Source: Geosiphon pyriformis uo1 (taxonomy: Eukaryota > Fungi > Glomeromycota). Taken from it: a stretch of 64,000 nucleotides of DNA. Position numbers and translations under genes: made by a program. The notes under the pieces were generated by a model. It searched no databases and was not told the DNA's origin. It saw nothing but the letters and a program-made list of their open reading frames with translations. The stretch is from assembly GCA_016748015.1 (NCBI GenBank), contig JAAOMT010000503.1, positions 145,325 through 209,324 on the forward strand, in the 5' to 3' direction. Each line of letters starts with the position of its first letter. Position 1 is the stretch's first letter. This document shows, in pieces, positions 11,292 to 23,355 of this stretch.

Positions 11292-11999
11292 ATGATTATT
11301 CTCCGAAATATTCAACAAATATCCCAAAAATTAATGTTAGTCTTAAAAACACTTCCTGACTTATCCATAATGATTAATGGAAGTCAAATTAATTACATTC
11401 AGAAAGAAATCACAGCTCCAGTAGCAAATCATTCACAGAACTATCCCTCCTATAGAAGAAAAACAAGAAGTCACTCTGAAAATAGGTTACCAAGACTTTT
11501 GAAGCAAGCACTAAAAGAAAATCTTTTAATTGCCCCTATTGACATTCCACCAAATGCTACAATGCAACAAAAACTTCTACTACTTTTCAATGAACAGAAC
11601 AATGAACACACCCTTATCTATAAATACTTTCACATTGGAAAGACACTTTATGAACAAAAAATGGAACTTGAAGCAACAAATCTCACTCCTGAAGCTATAC
11701 AAAAACAAATCCACAATGAATTCAAAACAGCAGCTGGACCAACAAACACTTGCTACAAACTTAGAGCAGCTTTTAGACTCTATGATTTGTTTAATACTTG
11801 TGAAAATGTTTTACAAAATCCAATACTGCAACCAATGAAAGTCCAATACATTGGCAAACTCACAGAACTGAAATTTCAACAATTTTCAGACCAGATTACT
11901 TCAATTATTTTGGATCACTATCTCAATATTACAGATAGTACTTGGATTTTGATGGAGCTCAGTCTTGAAAAGGAGATTATGTTACTAGTAGAATTTTAG
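11292..11999 (+). CDS. ORF3, 235-aa accessory protein of unknown function between integrase and 3' LTR (open in element B)
   Basis: Uninterrupted ORF with ATG; runs through the PPT and ends 20 nt inside the LTR; homologues at the same position in A, C and D; no obvious signal peptide or TM helix. Confidence 0.75.
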   Translation: MIILRNIQQISQKLMLVLKTLPDLSIMINGSQINYIQKEITAPVANHSQNYPSYRRKTRSHSENRLPRLLKQALKENLLIAPIDIPPNATMQQKLLLLFNEQNNEHTLIYKYFHIGKTLYEQKMELEATNLTPEAIQKQIHNEFKTAAGPTNTCYKLRAAFRLYDLFNTCENVLQNPILQPMKVQYIGKLTELKFQQFSDQITSIILDHYLNITDSTWILMELSLEKEIMLLVEF

Positions 12000-12992
12000 C
12001 TATTAATTAGCATGAAATTACCCTTATAATTCCTATAATTAATTAGTATATTAATATCATTTCAAATTATTATTTATTATTTAATCAATTATCACATATT
12101 ACGATTCAATTAAAATAATCTAATTAGTATAACAGAAAGTAAGATGATCAAATTACACAATACTCTGAACTTTGTAACATTATAAAATTCGCCAAAATTT
12201 ACAGAAATTTGCTGAAATTTATAAGAAATTTGCTGAAATTTACAGATATTCGCTGAAATTATAAATAGTTCATCCAAATTAATTAATAGTTCAGTGAAAT
12301 AACTTGTAGTTCATCAAAATGTATCTTTAGTTCGCCGAAATTTGAGCAAAGAGAAAAAGTGCAAGTTTATAGACTAGTACTACAACAAGTTGTATAAAAG
12401 AAAAGCTTTTCACTTCAAGAAAATGTATCTTACTTTAGATTTATCACTTAGAATCATTTCTACACACACAAAAAGAAATAAAATATCAAATAATTTGAAA
12501 AACCAATTTCTTTAAATATTGTACTTGGAAAATCCCCAAAAACCTAACTAACATTTTGAAATTGATTAGCTACCAATTTCAGTAAACTGTTAGTGACTCC
12601 AGGCCTGGATAGAAAACGTTTTTCTTAACAGAATTCTATTCTTTTATATTTCTTTTATTTTTTTTCTTTTTTCTTATTATAATCATTAGGGTAGTCTACA
12701 AACAAGATTCCTGTAGAAGAGTTGACTTTTACAGCAAAGTAACTACACATTTTTAGTGAGCTTCCAGACAAGCAATTCCTAGGAAAGAGTTGACATTTAC
12801 TACAACATAACTACACAAAGCAACTGGCACAGAATTGGCCATTCCACTTATAAGTCCAGCAGTTCAAATTATAGGAGATAATTTGAAGATAAATTTAGTT
12901 ATTGGAGGTTCAACTATTTCTAGAAAATGTGAATTTGCAACCAACAGACATTTACAACATTCAAGAAAAGAGACCAAAAATCTCTGGTAACA
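11980..12992 (+). repeat. 3' LTR of element B
   Basis: TGTTAC at 11980 after the PPT; ends GGTAACA at 12992; R/U5 very similar to the A LTR, U3 diverged. Confidence 0.93.
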
Positions 12993-14209
12993 TTGGCCAC
13001 TTTGAATTCATAATATTTAGATTTGTGGTAACTCTTCTTGACACTTGAAATGTGATGCAAAATAACATTAACCCAAACTCTATTACTAATCATAAGATGA
13101 ACTTTGGAAGCTTCCATTTCATTAATGGTCAACCAAGTATTAACCAGATAGTCAACTGTCAAACCCAGCTCTGAACTCAAACTTTTGACAATCTTGAACA
13201 ACAGCAGTTCCAACCTGAAAAATTTTGAAGATAACTTATTTCTAGCACAATTGAACTTGTTATACCAGAGCCGAGAAAAAATAATATTAGCAGAATCAAC
13301 CACCACTTCTCTGAGAATCTCTCACATCACATCCAAGTCGCCACTGTGTTCTGCATTAAAAAACTTCTCAGCTTTCACCAAAAATCTCCTTGAAAAACAC
13401 AACCTAAAACATTTCCACCCACTATCATCCACCTCCTTCAAATTGAACTTCCAACAATCTTTATTAGTCTGTTTGCATGCATTGTTCAAGTGAACATTCA
13501 GAAGGCCCCCCAAGCCCACAGAGATGGAAACAGCACTATAATCAGTATCAAAAAACTCAGAAATGGAACCAAAATTATGGCCAGCCACTGCTAAAATAAA
13601 ACTCTTGCTAACAAAAATGTAGTCAATAACTCTATTAACACCCTTAGAGTTGTTCTATATAGGTGTACTTGCCAGAGAATGATCACCAAAAGAATTAACT
13701 AAGCTCAAATTTGAACAAAACCCAAGACTTGCACTTCTTCTAGCTCTATCCTCATTAAAATCACCACCCAAGATGACAAAAGTACTAGAATTAACCACTC
13801 AGGCAATAAAAGAATTGATCTCTGAGGCCAGACTAAATCTAACACCAGAAAAAACACCAGCGTATAGACCGATAATTGAAACTGAAGTTCTGTCCTTGAA
13901 GAAAAAACAAACTGAGACAACACAACCAGGAATCTCCTTCACCTTTGAAACATAACATGCCAAGGAATTGTTCATAATAATAGCCACACCAACACCAAGA
14001 AAACTCTTATCCAAACCAGAAGTAAAAATCTGCACTCCATTGAACTTGTTCATGATCCAAGGCCTAATGTTACATCTCAGCTTTGTTTCTGTTATTATTG
14101 AAATCATATTCCCAGAATCCTTGTGCCAGCGCACAACATCTTCCTGTTTAGCAAGCACATTGATGCCCTGAACATTGCACATAGCTATTTTCCATATCAA
14201 ACTACTCAT
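12993..14209 (-). pseudogene. LINE-1 ORF2 N-terminus (APE endonuclease)
   Basis: IAMCNVQG, ITETKL, LGGDFN, IDYIF, DTDY(H) motifs. Confidence 0.9.
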
Positions 14210-16082
14210 TGGGATGAAGAAAAAGACAAGGGACCTGAATCAGCATACAAGTGATCTAATTTTACCAAAACTGAACCAACAAAAGCTTTAAGAGCCACCA
14301 GTTTAGATTTCAAACTGCCAACTTTAGTTGTCAAGACTTTTAAGCTGTTTAGACTCAAGATTGACACACTAGAGGAAGCAGATGAGGGGAGTGAAAGTAC
14401 CAACTCAAGACCATCCACAATTATATCCAAAGCCAAATTTTTCTCGGCAGTAACAAAGGTAGCTGAAACTTTAGAGGAAGGAGATAGAGCTTGTGGCACC
14501 AATTCCATGTTGCTGAGCTTACACACAATACCAGAAACTTGGTCAGTCAACAGCTTCAACGATTGTTCCAAAAAAGCCAAGTGAGCATCCAAAGATGAGT
14601 TGTCAACCAAAGCAAAAGAAAGACCATCATTTAAACCTGAGATGCCAGAAGAAGGAGAACCAAAGCCAGAAGTAAAGTGAAAACTATCAGAAGAACCAAC
14701 AAGTGAGACTACCTGGGCCCAAAATTTGCCATCAAAGGCAGTGAGGCGAGATATCAAAACACTTTTTTTCTCATACAAATTCACCAACTAAAGACGATGT
14801 TTATCAGATGTAACTTTTTTAAATAGCTTTGAAGACTTAGAAATGGACACAGTAAGTACATCACATTCTAAAGCAGAATGTCCAAACTTCCCACATTTCT
14901 TATACCAAACCAGATCCAATTTTGTCCAAGAAAGTTTTATCTCATTAAAGACAGGCTCTGTAAGAAAGGCAGATTCTAGATTATTATTAGAGGCAAAACT
15001 GACTATCACACAGCAAATCCTATTACCATTTTCTATGAATTTGTTTATGATGCATGTTTTCCTACCAGCCTTTTTTAAAAGATTGCCCAAATATGAGCAG
15101 TTGTTCTCACAGGTAGAGTAAACAGAAGTGCTCTGAACCGATCCTTAGATGCCCAAGTCTCACAATCCCCTACTGCTTTGGCTACATGCACAGAATTTTT
15201 ACCAATCAGAAATGACTACTTTGAGGCCAACAAATCAGCTTAGTCTATTTCAGCAAACTCCACCACAGTCTTTTGCCACATTTCAATTAATTGAATTCTG
15301 ATCAACTTAATTTCCCCAAATTCAGATACTATGGTGATGATCATATCTTTAGGCGTATTCATGGGAATTTCCTTGATTATCACAGCCTGATCTGATCTCA
15401 TTCCTTGTTTTTTAAGATTATTGTTTACATCAATCCCTTTTTCTCTGGCCAATGATGTGGCCATTTCCATGCTTTCTTCAGAAGTAAATGTTGATCAGAT
15501 AATCTCTTCAAATTTTGAGGGGGTAGTGGCCCCTCTAAAACCATTGACTGTTGAAAAATTTTTTCTAATTAACTAAGTCTTTGCCATTGCCAATTTATCT
15601 TCTATAGCTGAGAGATTAATATCCAAAGCAAATGACTTTTTAATTGACACTTCCATAGAAGTCTTGATAATTTTAGGGTCAATCCACTTTTTTTCTAGAG
15701 AGATAGACAAGTAAGAAGGGAGCACCACTTCTTTATCATCCATATAAAAGTTGGGAGAGCCAAGTAGAAAACCAAAGCCAGCACCAGTGTTGACTCGCTT
15801 TGCCTTGAGTGTAGTAACAGCTGAGCCCAAAAGAGACTCACCATTCACTTTAGACATGCTAACATCCTCATCCTCACCAGATAGACTCTTCACATCAAAA
15901 TAAACACTGCCACTAGATCCAGATTTGCTCAAAAATATATCCCTTTCATCACCAGAGTATTTTATATTGTTAAGAACAACTTTTTTCTTCTGAGAAAAAA
16001 AGCCACCAGCAGAACCGTGAAAAGCACCCTTAGGAGCCTTCTTCTTAAGTGTGGTGCTACTAGCAGTAGCCTTCATATCCAC
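14206..16082 (-). pseudogene. LINE-1 ORF1 (RRM-like repeats, CCHC knuckle, C-terminal coiled coil)
   Basis: AVIIKEIPMNT...SEFGEIK...VVEF; [C]KKCGKFGHSALEC; heptad-like LAFLEQSLKLLTDQV. Confidence 0.85.
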
Positions 16083-16173
16083 GAAAAATGGGTTATTATT
16101 AGGTGAAAAAATATTGATATAGATTAAAAAAAACAAAAAACTTTTTTTTTTTTCAGAAAATGCACTTTTTCAG

Positions 16174-17057
16174 TATTACTCATAGAAAAAACAGATATAG
16201 AAAAATAATAGACCAATAGAAAAACAGTATGTAGCATGTGAACACATTGCTTAGCAATGTAGAGCAATGATAAAAATCACAGCACATTGCTTAGCAATGT
16301 GGAGCAATGTCAGAAAACATGGCACATTGCTCAATAATATGAAGCAATATTAGAAAATAAGAGCACATTGCTCAACAATGTGGAGCAATATTAGAAAATG
16401 AAAGCACATCACTCAACAATATGAGCATTGCTCAAGAAATTATAGCACATTGCTCAGGAATATGAGCGATCTCATAGAACATCAATTATGTATATATAGT
16501 GATAGCATTAAAAGTAGAAAGAACAGAATTCATTAGTTAAAAACCTTTCACATTACAAATATCAATAAATAATTATTTACTATCTCAATTCACTCTCCAC
16601 TATTAACACTACATATTAATAGTAATTGATACTTAATCACACTAGAACAATAGCTCTTGATCATGGCTATTGATGGGATATTAACTTGCAATTGCTTTCA
16701 TTTATTTCTTTATTTTTCTTTTATTTTTTTTGTTTTAGTATTTCTTTGGTTTTACTAAAAATTAATTAAAGATTAAGTGCTGTCATAGTAACTGGTAAAA
16801 AACCCATAAAACAAGGGTAAAACACTTATAGATTTGAGAATAGCTTACCAAGAAGATTATTAGCCACCACACTGAGAAAGAAATTTGACAAAACTGTGAT
16901 TTTGGGAAGCTATAGATAAAATCATCAATTAAAATCTCTGTCTATTATACAAAGAACTCTACAACAAAACTTTCAGATATCAACATCTGAGTATCAACCA
17001 AGCACCAAGTTACGGATTTGTTATTTGACCTGAGATCCCAAATAATTATCTGTAACA
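16174..17057 (+). repeat. 5' LTR of element C (six 40-41-bp palindrome-containing units at 16243..16470)
   Basis: T(A)TTACTCATAG...TGTAACA followed by TTTGGTGCTC. Confidence 0.95.
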
Positions 17058-17059
17058 TT

Positions 17060-17077
17060 TGGTGCTCTCTGTAAGAT
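17060..17077 (+). promoter_or_regulatory. Primer-binding site of element C
   Basis: TGGTGCTCTCTGTAAGAT, 2 nt after the LTR end. Confidence 0.8.
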
Positions 17078-17117
17078 ATAATCCTACAGAGAACCAGCAC
17101 CAACAAATAAATCAACA

Positions 17118-20105
17118 GTGGCAGATTCAGAAAGTATAAGAGCAAACCATTTAGGATTTGCAAAATTCTTATTTCAACACTACTGTCAACACTTGGAATT
17201 GAACTACAATCAGATATCAGCAAAATCAGCCTTCAATTTCTATGTCAACAAAAGAATTGCCTATTTTTTAAGAACACCAGTAAACACTAAATCAGCGAGA
17301 GAAACTTTTTACCACGAATTAATCCAAAACACCAGCTTACTAACAAATTATAATTTTGCATCCATTATTACTGAGATTAATAAAGAAATTAAATATCACA
17401 CACAACAAAGATACTCAATTACTTATGCCAGTAAAGACAAAGAAAAATTACAAACACCAGCAGTAACACCTCAACAGATCCAACTACTCACTTGGAAAAA
17501 ACACAGAATTGAATTACCAACAAATTCATCATATCACTATATACCTGGAAGTGCTATCAACATCATATCAACAGGCACATCCACATCAAATACAACATCC
17601 ACATTTGGACACTTCTCATTTCAGAGTAAACAGAAAAAAGAAGATCTTTTAGGACCATATAGTGTGTATTTCAAAGAATTTAAGTCACAATCGCCAATGC
17701 CATTAGGACTTCAATTTTCACTACTGTAACCAGATTTCGGAACTGCGAGTCTCTGGGAAGTAACAGATTCGGAAGAAGAACAAGAAGAAGAGAAAGAAAA
17801 ATCTGAAGATCAAGAATTTACTTACCAGAACCCGATTCCAAAAAACTTGAACATTGAAACCCTGAATTTTCAGACTCAGCAAAATCCAAATTTAAAAAAT
17901 CCAGAAATTGAGACTCCGAATTTCCAAATGCAGCACCATCAAAACAATCACAACTCTGACATCAATAATCAACAACACTTACCTCCAGTAATCATGATTA
18001 ATTCAGCTCCACCAATTGACAAACAGCAACAGCAGCTACTTCAACCATCTCAACAACCATAGCAGCCACTTCAACAGCCATAACAACAACTGTAATAACC
18101 AAATGTTGATCCAATGGCTTACGCTCCGATAGTAAAACTTAAGAAATTCACCGGTGAAAAAAACGACACCCAAGTGTGGCTAAACAATGTGAAAAAAGCC
18201 ATCATAGCCAATGGCTGGAATAATGCCAGAGCCATGCAGGCCATTTCTTATTTTTTCCAAGATACCACCAATTTATGGTATCAAAGCTTGGCTAACAAAC
18301 CCCAAGATTTTGCTGCATTTAAGCTTGCATTTCTACAATATTTCAGCAACAATAATAGTATTAATCAGCTAGCAAACACTTTCACCACTATCAAACAAAG
18401 GGAAAATGAAGCAGTCACTACTTATCTAGGACACTTCCATAGAAATCTGCACCAGATTCAAGCAATCCAGGCTGACTATTTTACAGTGCTCCAAATCCTA
18501 AACCAATTTATTAGAGGTCTGTATAGTAGCATCTTCCAACGCATATGTCCAATGCATCCAACAGACCTTCAAGCCATAGTTACCAACACCTGAGATTTTG
18601 AAGCAGCTAAACTCGAAGCTAACCATGCCCAAGCTATTAACCTAGTAATGAATGGATCATCTGAATTGGATTCTAAATTGAAACAATTCAGTGATTCAAT
18701 TAATCAGAAATTGGAAGGATACTTAATTGACAATCATGCAATTTATTAATCACCACAACAATGCAATAATTCAGAAAACCTGAATTGTTTCCAAAATCAG
18801 TTACATCTATCATCATCAAATCAGTTGTGGCAACAAGAGACGCATGTTTGCCATAATTGTGATAAACAAGGCCATATTAGAGCCAACTACTGATTTTATA
18901 ATAATAACCCATGATTGGGAAATCAATATCAAAACTCCAATCCCTGGTTTTCAACTCCAAATTACCAATCCAACCTAGCACTATATCAACCGACTTACCT
19001 GTTAATGACACAACAGCCAATATATCAACCACCCATATATCAATTTCCAGTTTATTAACCACAGCCACTGGTAATATATCAATCACTGCAGCCACAAATA
19101 ATTTATCAAACACCTGCAGTTCAAACACTACCATCAAACCCCACTCAAATGACATCAGGAAACTCTAGATTGAGAGTCATCCAAAACTGGAAATCGGTGA
19201 TGGTTGTTCACCAACTGATCTCCAGTTCATTCAACTAGCTGTTAGAATCACAACAGCAAAGTTCAGGAACTGGGTATACTTAAAACCCGAGTTTCCAGAA
19301 CTATTTAAGTCTTTTGGTTATCACAGAAGATGCCTCACCCAACACTTGGGAACCCAAACAGAAGCAATCACTTACCAATATTCTGCCAGCTACTGTCATG
19401 GAAAACGAGTCTCTAGCAGCTATATTTCCCTTCAAAATTGAGGAACTGACAGAAACTCCTTTGTTCAGTAGAGCCACACTCAAGGAAAAACCTATTACAG
19501 CAATGTACACAGATGTCAAAATTGATGGTCAGTCTATCAAACTGATCCTAGATAGTGGATCAGCCAGCAGCATCATCACAAGACAACTCATGGACCAATT
19601 AGGTCACCGAGTTGATCGAGCTGCCAGTGCAAAAATAATTACAGCTGATGGAGCCACCAAGACTCTAATTGGTGAAATAGATAACTTGCCCATAGAAATC
19701 AATAGTATCACTGTACCAATTAAGGTATTAGTCATGGAAGCCACTCAATACCAAGCACTAGTGGGTAATGACTGGCTGTTTAAAATCAATGCGACACTTG
19801 ACTGGAACACCCAAAAGCTCCAGCTTAGCCAGAATGGACAATACACACGTGTACCAGCCATGTATAACCATTTCAAACCCATCACTATGCCATCAGCTCT
19901 ATTTATCGAATTTGAAGAAGAAAAAGAGAAACCTACTTGGGAAGCATACCAAATCTCTTGGGCCAACAAAGACCACAACAAGCTACCACCAATACTTTCT
20001 TGGAACAACAAGGGAAAAGAAAAGAAAAACAAAGAACTTACCTGGAATACCAACCAAAACTGGGAAACAGATAACAACCAAGATGAACCAGCCAACTGGA
20101 AGTGA
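17118..20105 (+). pseudogene. gag (long N-terminal extension, capsid from 18114, CCHC knuckle near 18848) and protease of element C
   Basis: MAYAPIVKLKKFTGE...VWL...FKLAFLQYF...NQFIRGL; CHNCDKQGH; LILDSGSASS...ALVGNDWL. Confidence 0.9.
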
Positions 20106-20219
20106 AAAGAAACTGATAAGAGAAAGGGAAAAGAGAAAGAAGAAGAAACCACTTTCATCAACAGCACTTATAGTTCAGATGTTTACACTTCATCACTACC
20201 ATTCAATTATTGTCAACCA

Positions 20220-21830
20220 AAATTGGAATGTGTCAATTGCAGCAAAAAATTGTCATTAATGAGTGCATATTGTGGTGATGACAAAGAATACTCCATGGCC
20301 ACAAGATTCTACTGCTGCCCATGTGTTATAAAGTGCTTTGGACAACCGAAATGACAAGGAAAGTGGAATAACCAACTATGTCTCACATATGGAACTATTC
20401 TACCTGACAAAGAAATATGGAATAACATTTCTGGGCATAGAGAAACATGCAACAAGACATACCAGTACACCATACTAATAAACAATTAGATAAGCAAAGG
20501 AACACCAATTAACAATGCATAGAAATGAGTGTTGTGATGATTAAAAGAATATCCCCACAATGAAGATGAACTATAGAGAATAGTGTATGCGAAAGCAGAA
20601 GACGTGACAACTAGCGAATTACTAGAGATTAAAAATAATCCTCTATTTCTTCCTGAACCCAAATACATTCAAACTTTTGATGTCTTTGGCAACATTGAGG
20701 ATGACCCAGAAGAATTTCATGAACATTATCAGCATTTGGCATCTACTAGGGAAGAACAAGAGCAGTATTTAGAACAGTTGAACACTTGATTATGTTAACA
20801 TTGCTTAATTCTATATGACTTTCAGTATTGTAATGAGTGTGACCTCATTTACAATCTATCACCACACATGATCTACATAATCTCAGAAGAAGATGAACCA
20901 ATGAACAGCTGTGCATCCGAATTGAAATCAATTTTCAATCCCAATTCAAACTCCAACAACGATGATGATGAAAACAATGGTTCCAGCTTCACTCCAAATA
21001 GCAATGAAAATGACAACGATTCAAACTCCAATTCAAATCCTGAAACATTTATCATACTTCTTAACCTTTTCAAAGAACAGGAACTTAAATGGTTCAGCGA
21101 TAATGATAAAGATATCATGCCAGAACGCATGCATGATACTAATACAGGATTTGATCTAAGATATTCAGAGAAAGATCCCATCAAATTGGAACCACATTTG
21201 CGCACTTACATCGATCTGAAAATAGTACAGCAACAACAATAGTTCAACTAGCATCCAGGAGTAGTTTAGCAAAAAAAGTGATAAACATTAGAGGAGAAAT
21301 AATTAATGCAGGATATGTAGGAAATATCATTGCTATGCTACAAAATAATTCAGAAAAAGCATATACTATAAATTCAAATGAAAAGATAGCACAGACAATA
21401 TTCCTACTTTTGGTGAAAATAGCTCAATTAGTGTTAATGAGAAACAGAGAAGAATTAGAGATTACTGCTAAAGAGATACAGAGATTTAGATCAATGGAAA
21501 AAATAGATGTACCAGTTAATATGGCAGAGGAAAAAATTATTGACAAAGGAGAAATTATCTCAATCCATCAATCAATTTCTGTTTCATCATATGACCAGTA
21601 TATGTTAGCCATAAAAAGAAAAGTAAAAGATCAAGCTCAATTGTTTGAAGCAGAAGCCATCATTTGTGAATCAGGAGAGATTGAACTCACTAATTTCTAC
21701 ATATTAGCCAAAAGCCCCAAAAACATCAAAATTCCCATCTATAATGCAACTGGAAAGATCATTGAAATACCAAAAGGAACTATCATTGGATATTTAACCA
21801 CTCAAGTTGAGGATCAACCACCAAACCACA
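20220..21830 (+). pseudogene. Cys-rich domain, dUTPase (about 21085..21500) and a second degenerate beta-rich dUTPase-like segment of element C
   Basis: CVNCSKKLS...FYCCPC...YCNECDL; TGFDLRY, ASRSSLAKK, INAGYVGNI, KIAQTI; then IPIYNATGKIIEIPKGTIIGYL. Confidence 0.8.
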
Positions 21831-21949
21831 TTCCAGATTTTCCACAACTTTGCAGATATGTGGACATTACATTACAGACTATATATGGATGAAGTGAATG
21901 TTATCTAATCAGAACAATTGGAACAGATCAACATAGGAAATCTAGATCC

Positions 21950-23325
21950 ACTCCAACAAATGCAACTAAAGATGTTACTTAGCAATTTCAATGACATCTT
22001 TACAAGTGAAAATGAATTTGGCCGCACCAATATCATTTAGCATCAGATCAAGACTGGAGATACAATGCCAATTAAGCAAAGAGCATATAGAGTATCACCA
22101 ACTAGCCATGAGATCATTCATTAAGAAATCAATTAGATGTTCGACAATGGGCTAATTCAGCCATCAATAAGTCCATGGTCGTTACCAGTAGTACTAATCT
22201 GAAAGAAGAATGGAAAAATTTACTTTTGTGTAGATTACCAAAAATTGAATGGAGTAATCAAAGGAAACAGCTACCTAACTCCAAAGATCCAAGAACTATT
22301 CAACATCTTTGGAGAAAATAAATGATTCTCAACACTAGATTTAAATAGTGGTTACTAGCAAGTAGTCATGGACCCAGCTGATAAAGAAAAGACTGCATTC
22401 ATGACAAGAGAAGAGAATTTCGATTTGAAGTTATACCATTTGGCTTAATAAACACTCCAGTGACATTCCAATGACTCATGGAAATTGTCTATACTAGATT
22501 ACTATGAAAATCAGTAGTCATATACTTAAACAACACAAATGTATTTTTTAAGACATTTGATGACCATCTACATCATCTCCAACAAGTGTTTGAAAGACTC
22601 AGACAAGCAGGATTGAAACTAAATGCCAACAAATGCTTCTTTGGCAAAACTGAGCTCAAGTTTTTGGGACATGTAGTAAGCAAAGATGATATCAAAACAG
22701 ATTCAGATAAGATTACAATAGTAAAAAACTTTCCAGTACCAACAAACTTGCCAGAACTAAGAACATTTTTGGGATTCACAGGCTATTATTGCCACTTCAT
22801 CAAGAACTTTTCTAAACTAGCCCAGCCACTTCACTATCTACAAACCAAGAATGTGAAGTATGAATGGACTGAAGCTCAACAAGAAGCATTTGACATATTA
22901 AGAAGAAAGCTTATTCAAGCTCCAATATTGATGTATCCAGACCACAGCAAACCATTAATCCTCACTATGGATGCATCAGGTCAAGCATTGGGAGCAGTAC
23001 TATCACAGAAAAGACCAGATGGAAGAGAACATCCAGTAGTTTATGCTAGTAGAAGCTTAAGTTCAGTCAAAAAAAACTTTGAAATACCAACACTAGAACA
23101 TTTAACAATCTATTGGGCAGTTATGAAATAGAGAGAATACTTGAGCCAAAAGTTTGAAATATATATGGATCACAAGAGATTGACTTCAATCCAGAAACAA
23201 AAATTTGCAGATGATTGCCATGCCAGATGAAAAATAGAACTTTCATCATTTAATTATACAATACATTATAAAAAAAAAAAGACAATGGAAATGTTGACAG
23301 ATTGTTGTGAATGAGACAAATCTAA
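21950..23325 (+). pseudogene. Reverse transcriptase and RNase H of element C
   Basis: SPWSLPVVL, FCVDYQKLN, PFGLINTP, decayed YLDD (YLNN), KCFFGKTELKFLGHVV, DASGQALGAVL, YASRSL; many stops and frameshifts. Confidence 0.92.
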
Positions 23326-23355
23326 AAACATTTCAACCCAAAAATATAACAAAAC

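Larger units (their letters stand above)
8733..12992 (+). mobile_element. LTR retrotransposon B, 3' portion (same family as A); interrupted by A and by a solo LTR; itself inserted in LINE-1 ORF2
   Basis: Integrase, ORF3, PPT and 3' LTR are homologous to A; LINE ORF2 sequence begins at 12993. Confidence 0.92.
12993..16173 (-). mobile_element. LINE-1, 5' part (ORF1 and APE endonuclease); the rest of its 5' UTR resumes at 26272..~26310
   Basis: Homologous to the LINE copies at 32.7-39.5 kb and 42.1-59.1 kb; interrupted by B in ORF2 and by C in the 5' UTR. Confidence 0.92.

Noticed and set aside
11292-11999. ORF3 as a retroviral envelope gene
   Set aside because: Short and hydrophilic, with no signal peptide, fusion peptide or transmembrane anchor visible
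16243-16470. CRISPR-like palindromic repeats with short variable spacers
   Set aside because: They lie inside both LTRs of a retrotransposon, the spacers are about 11 nt and mutually similar, there are no cas genes and the context is eukaryotic
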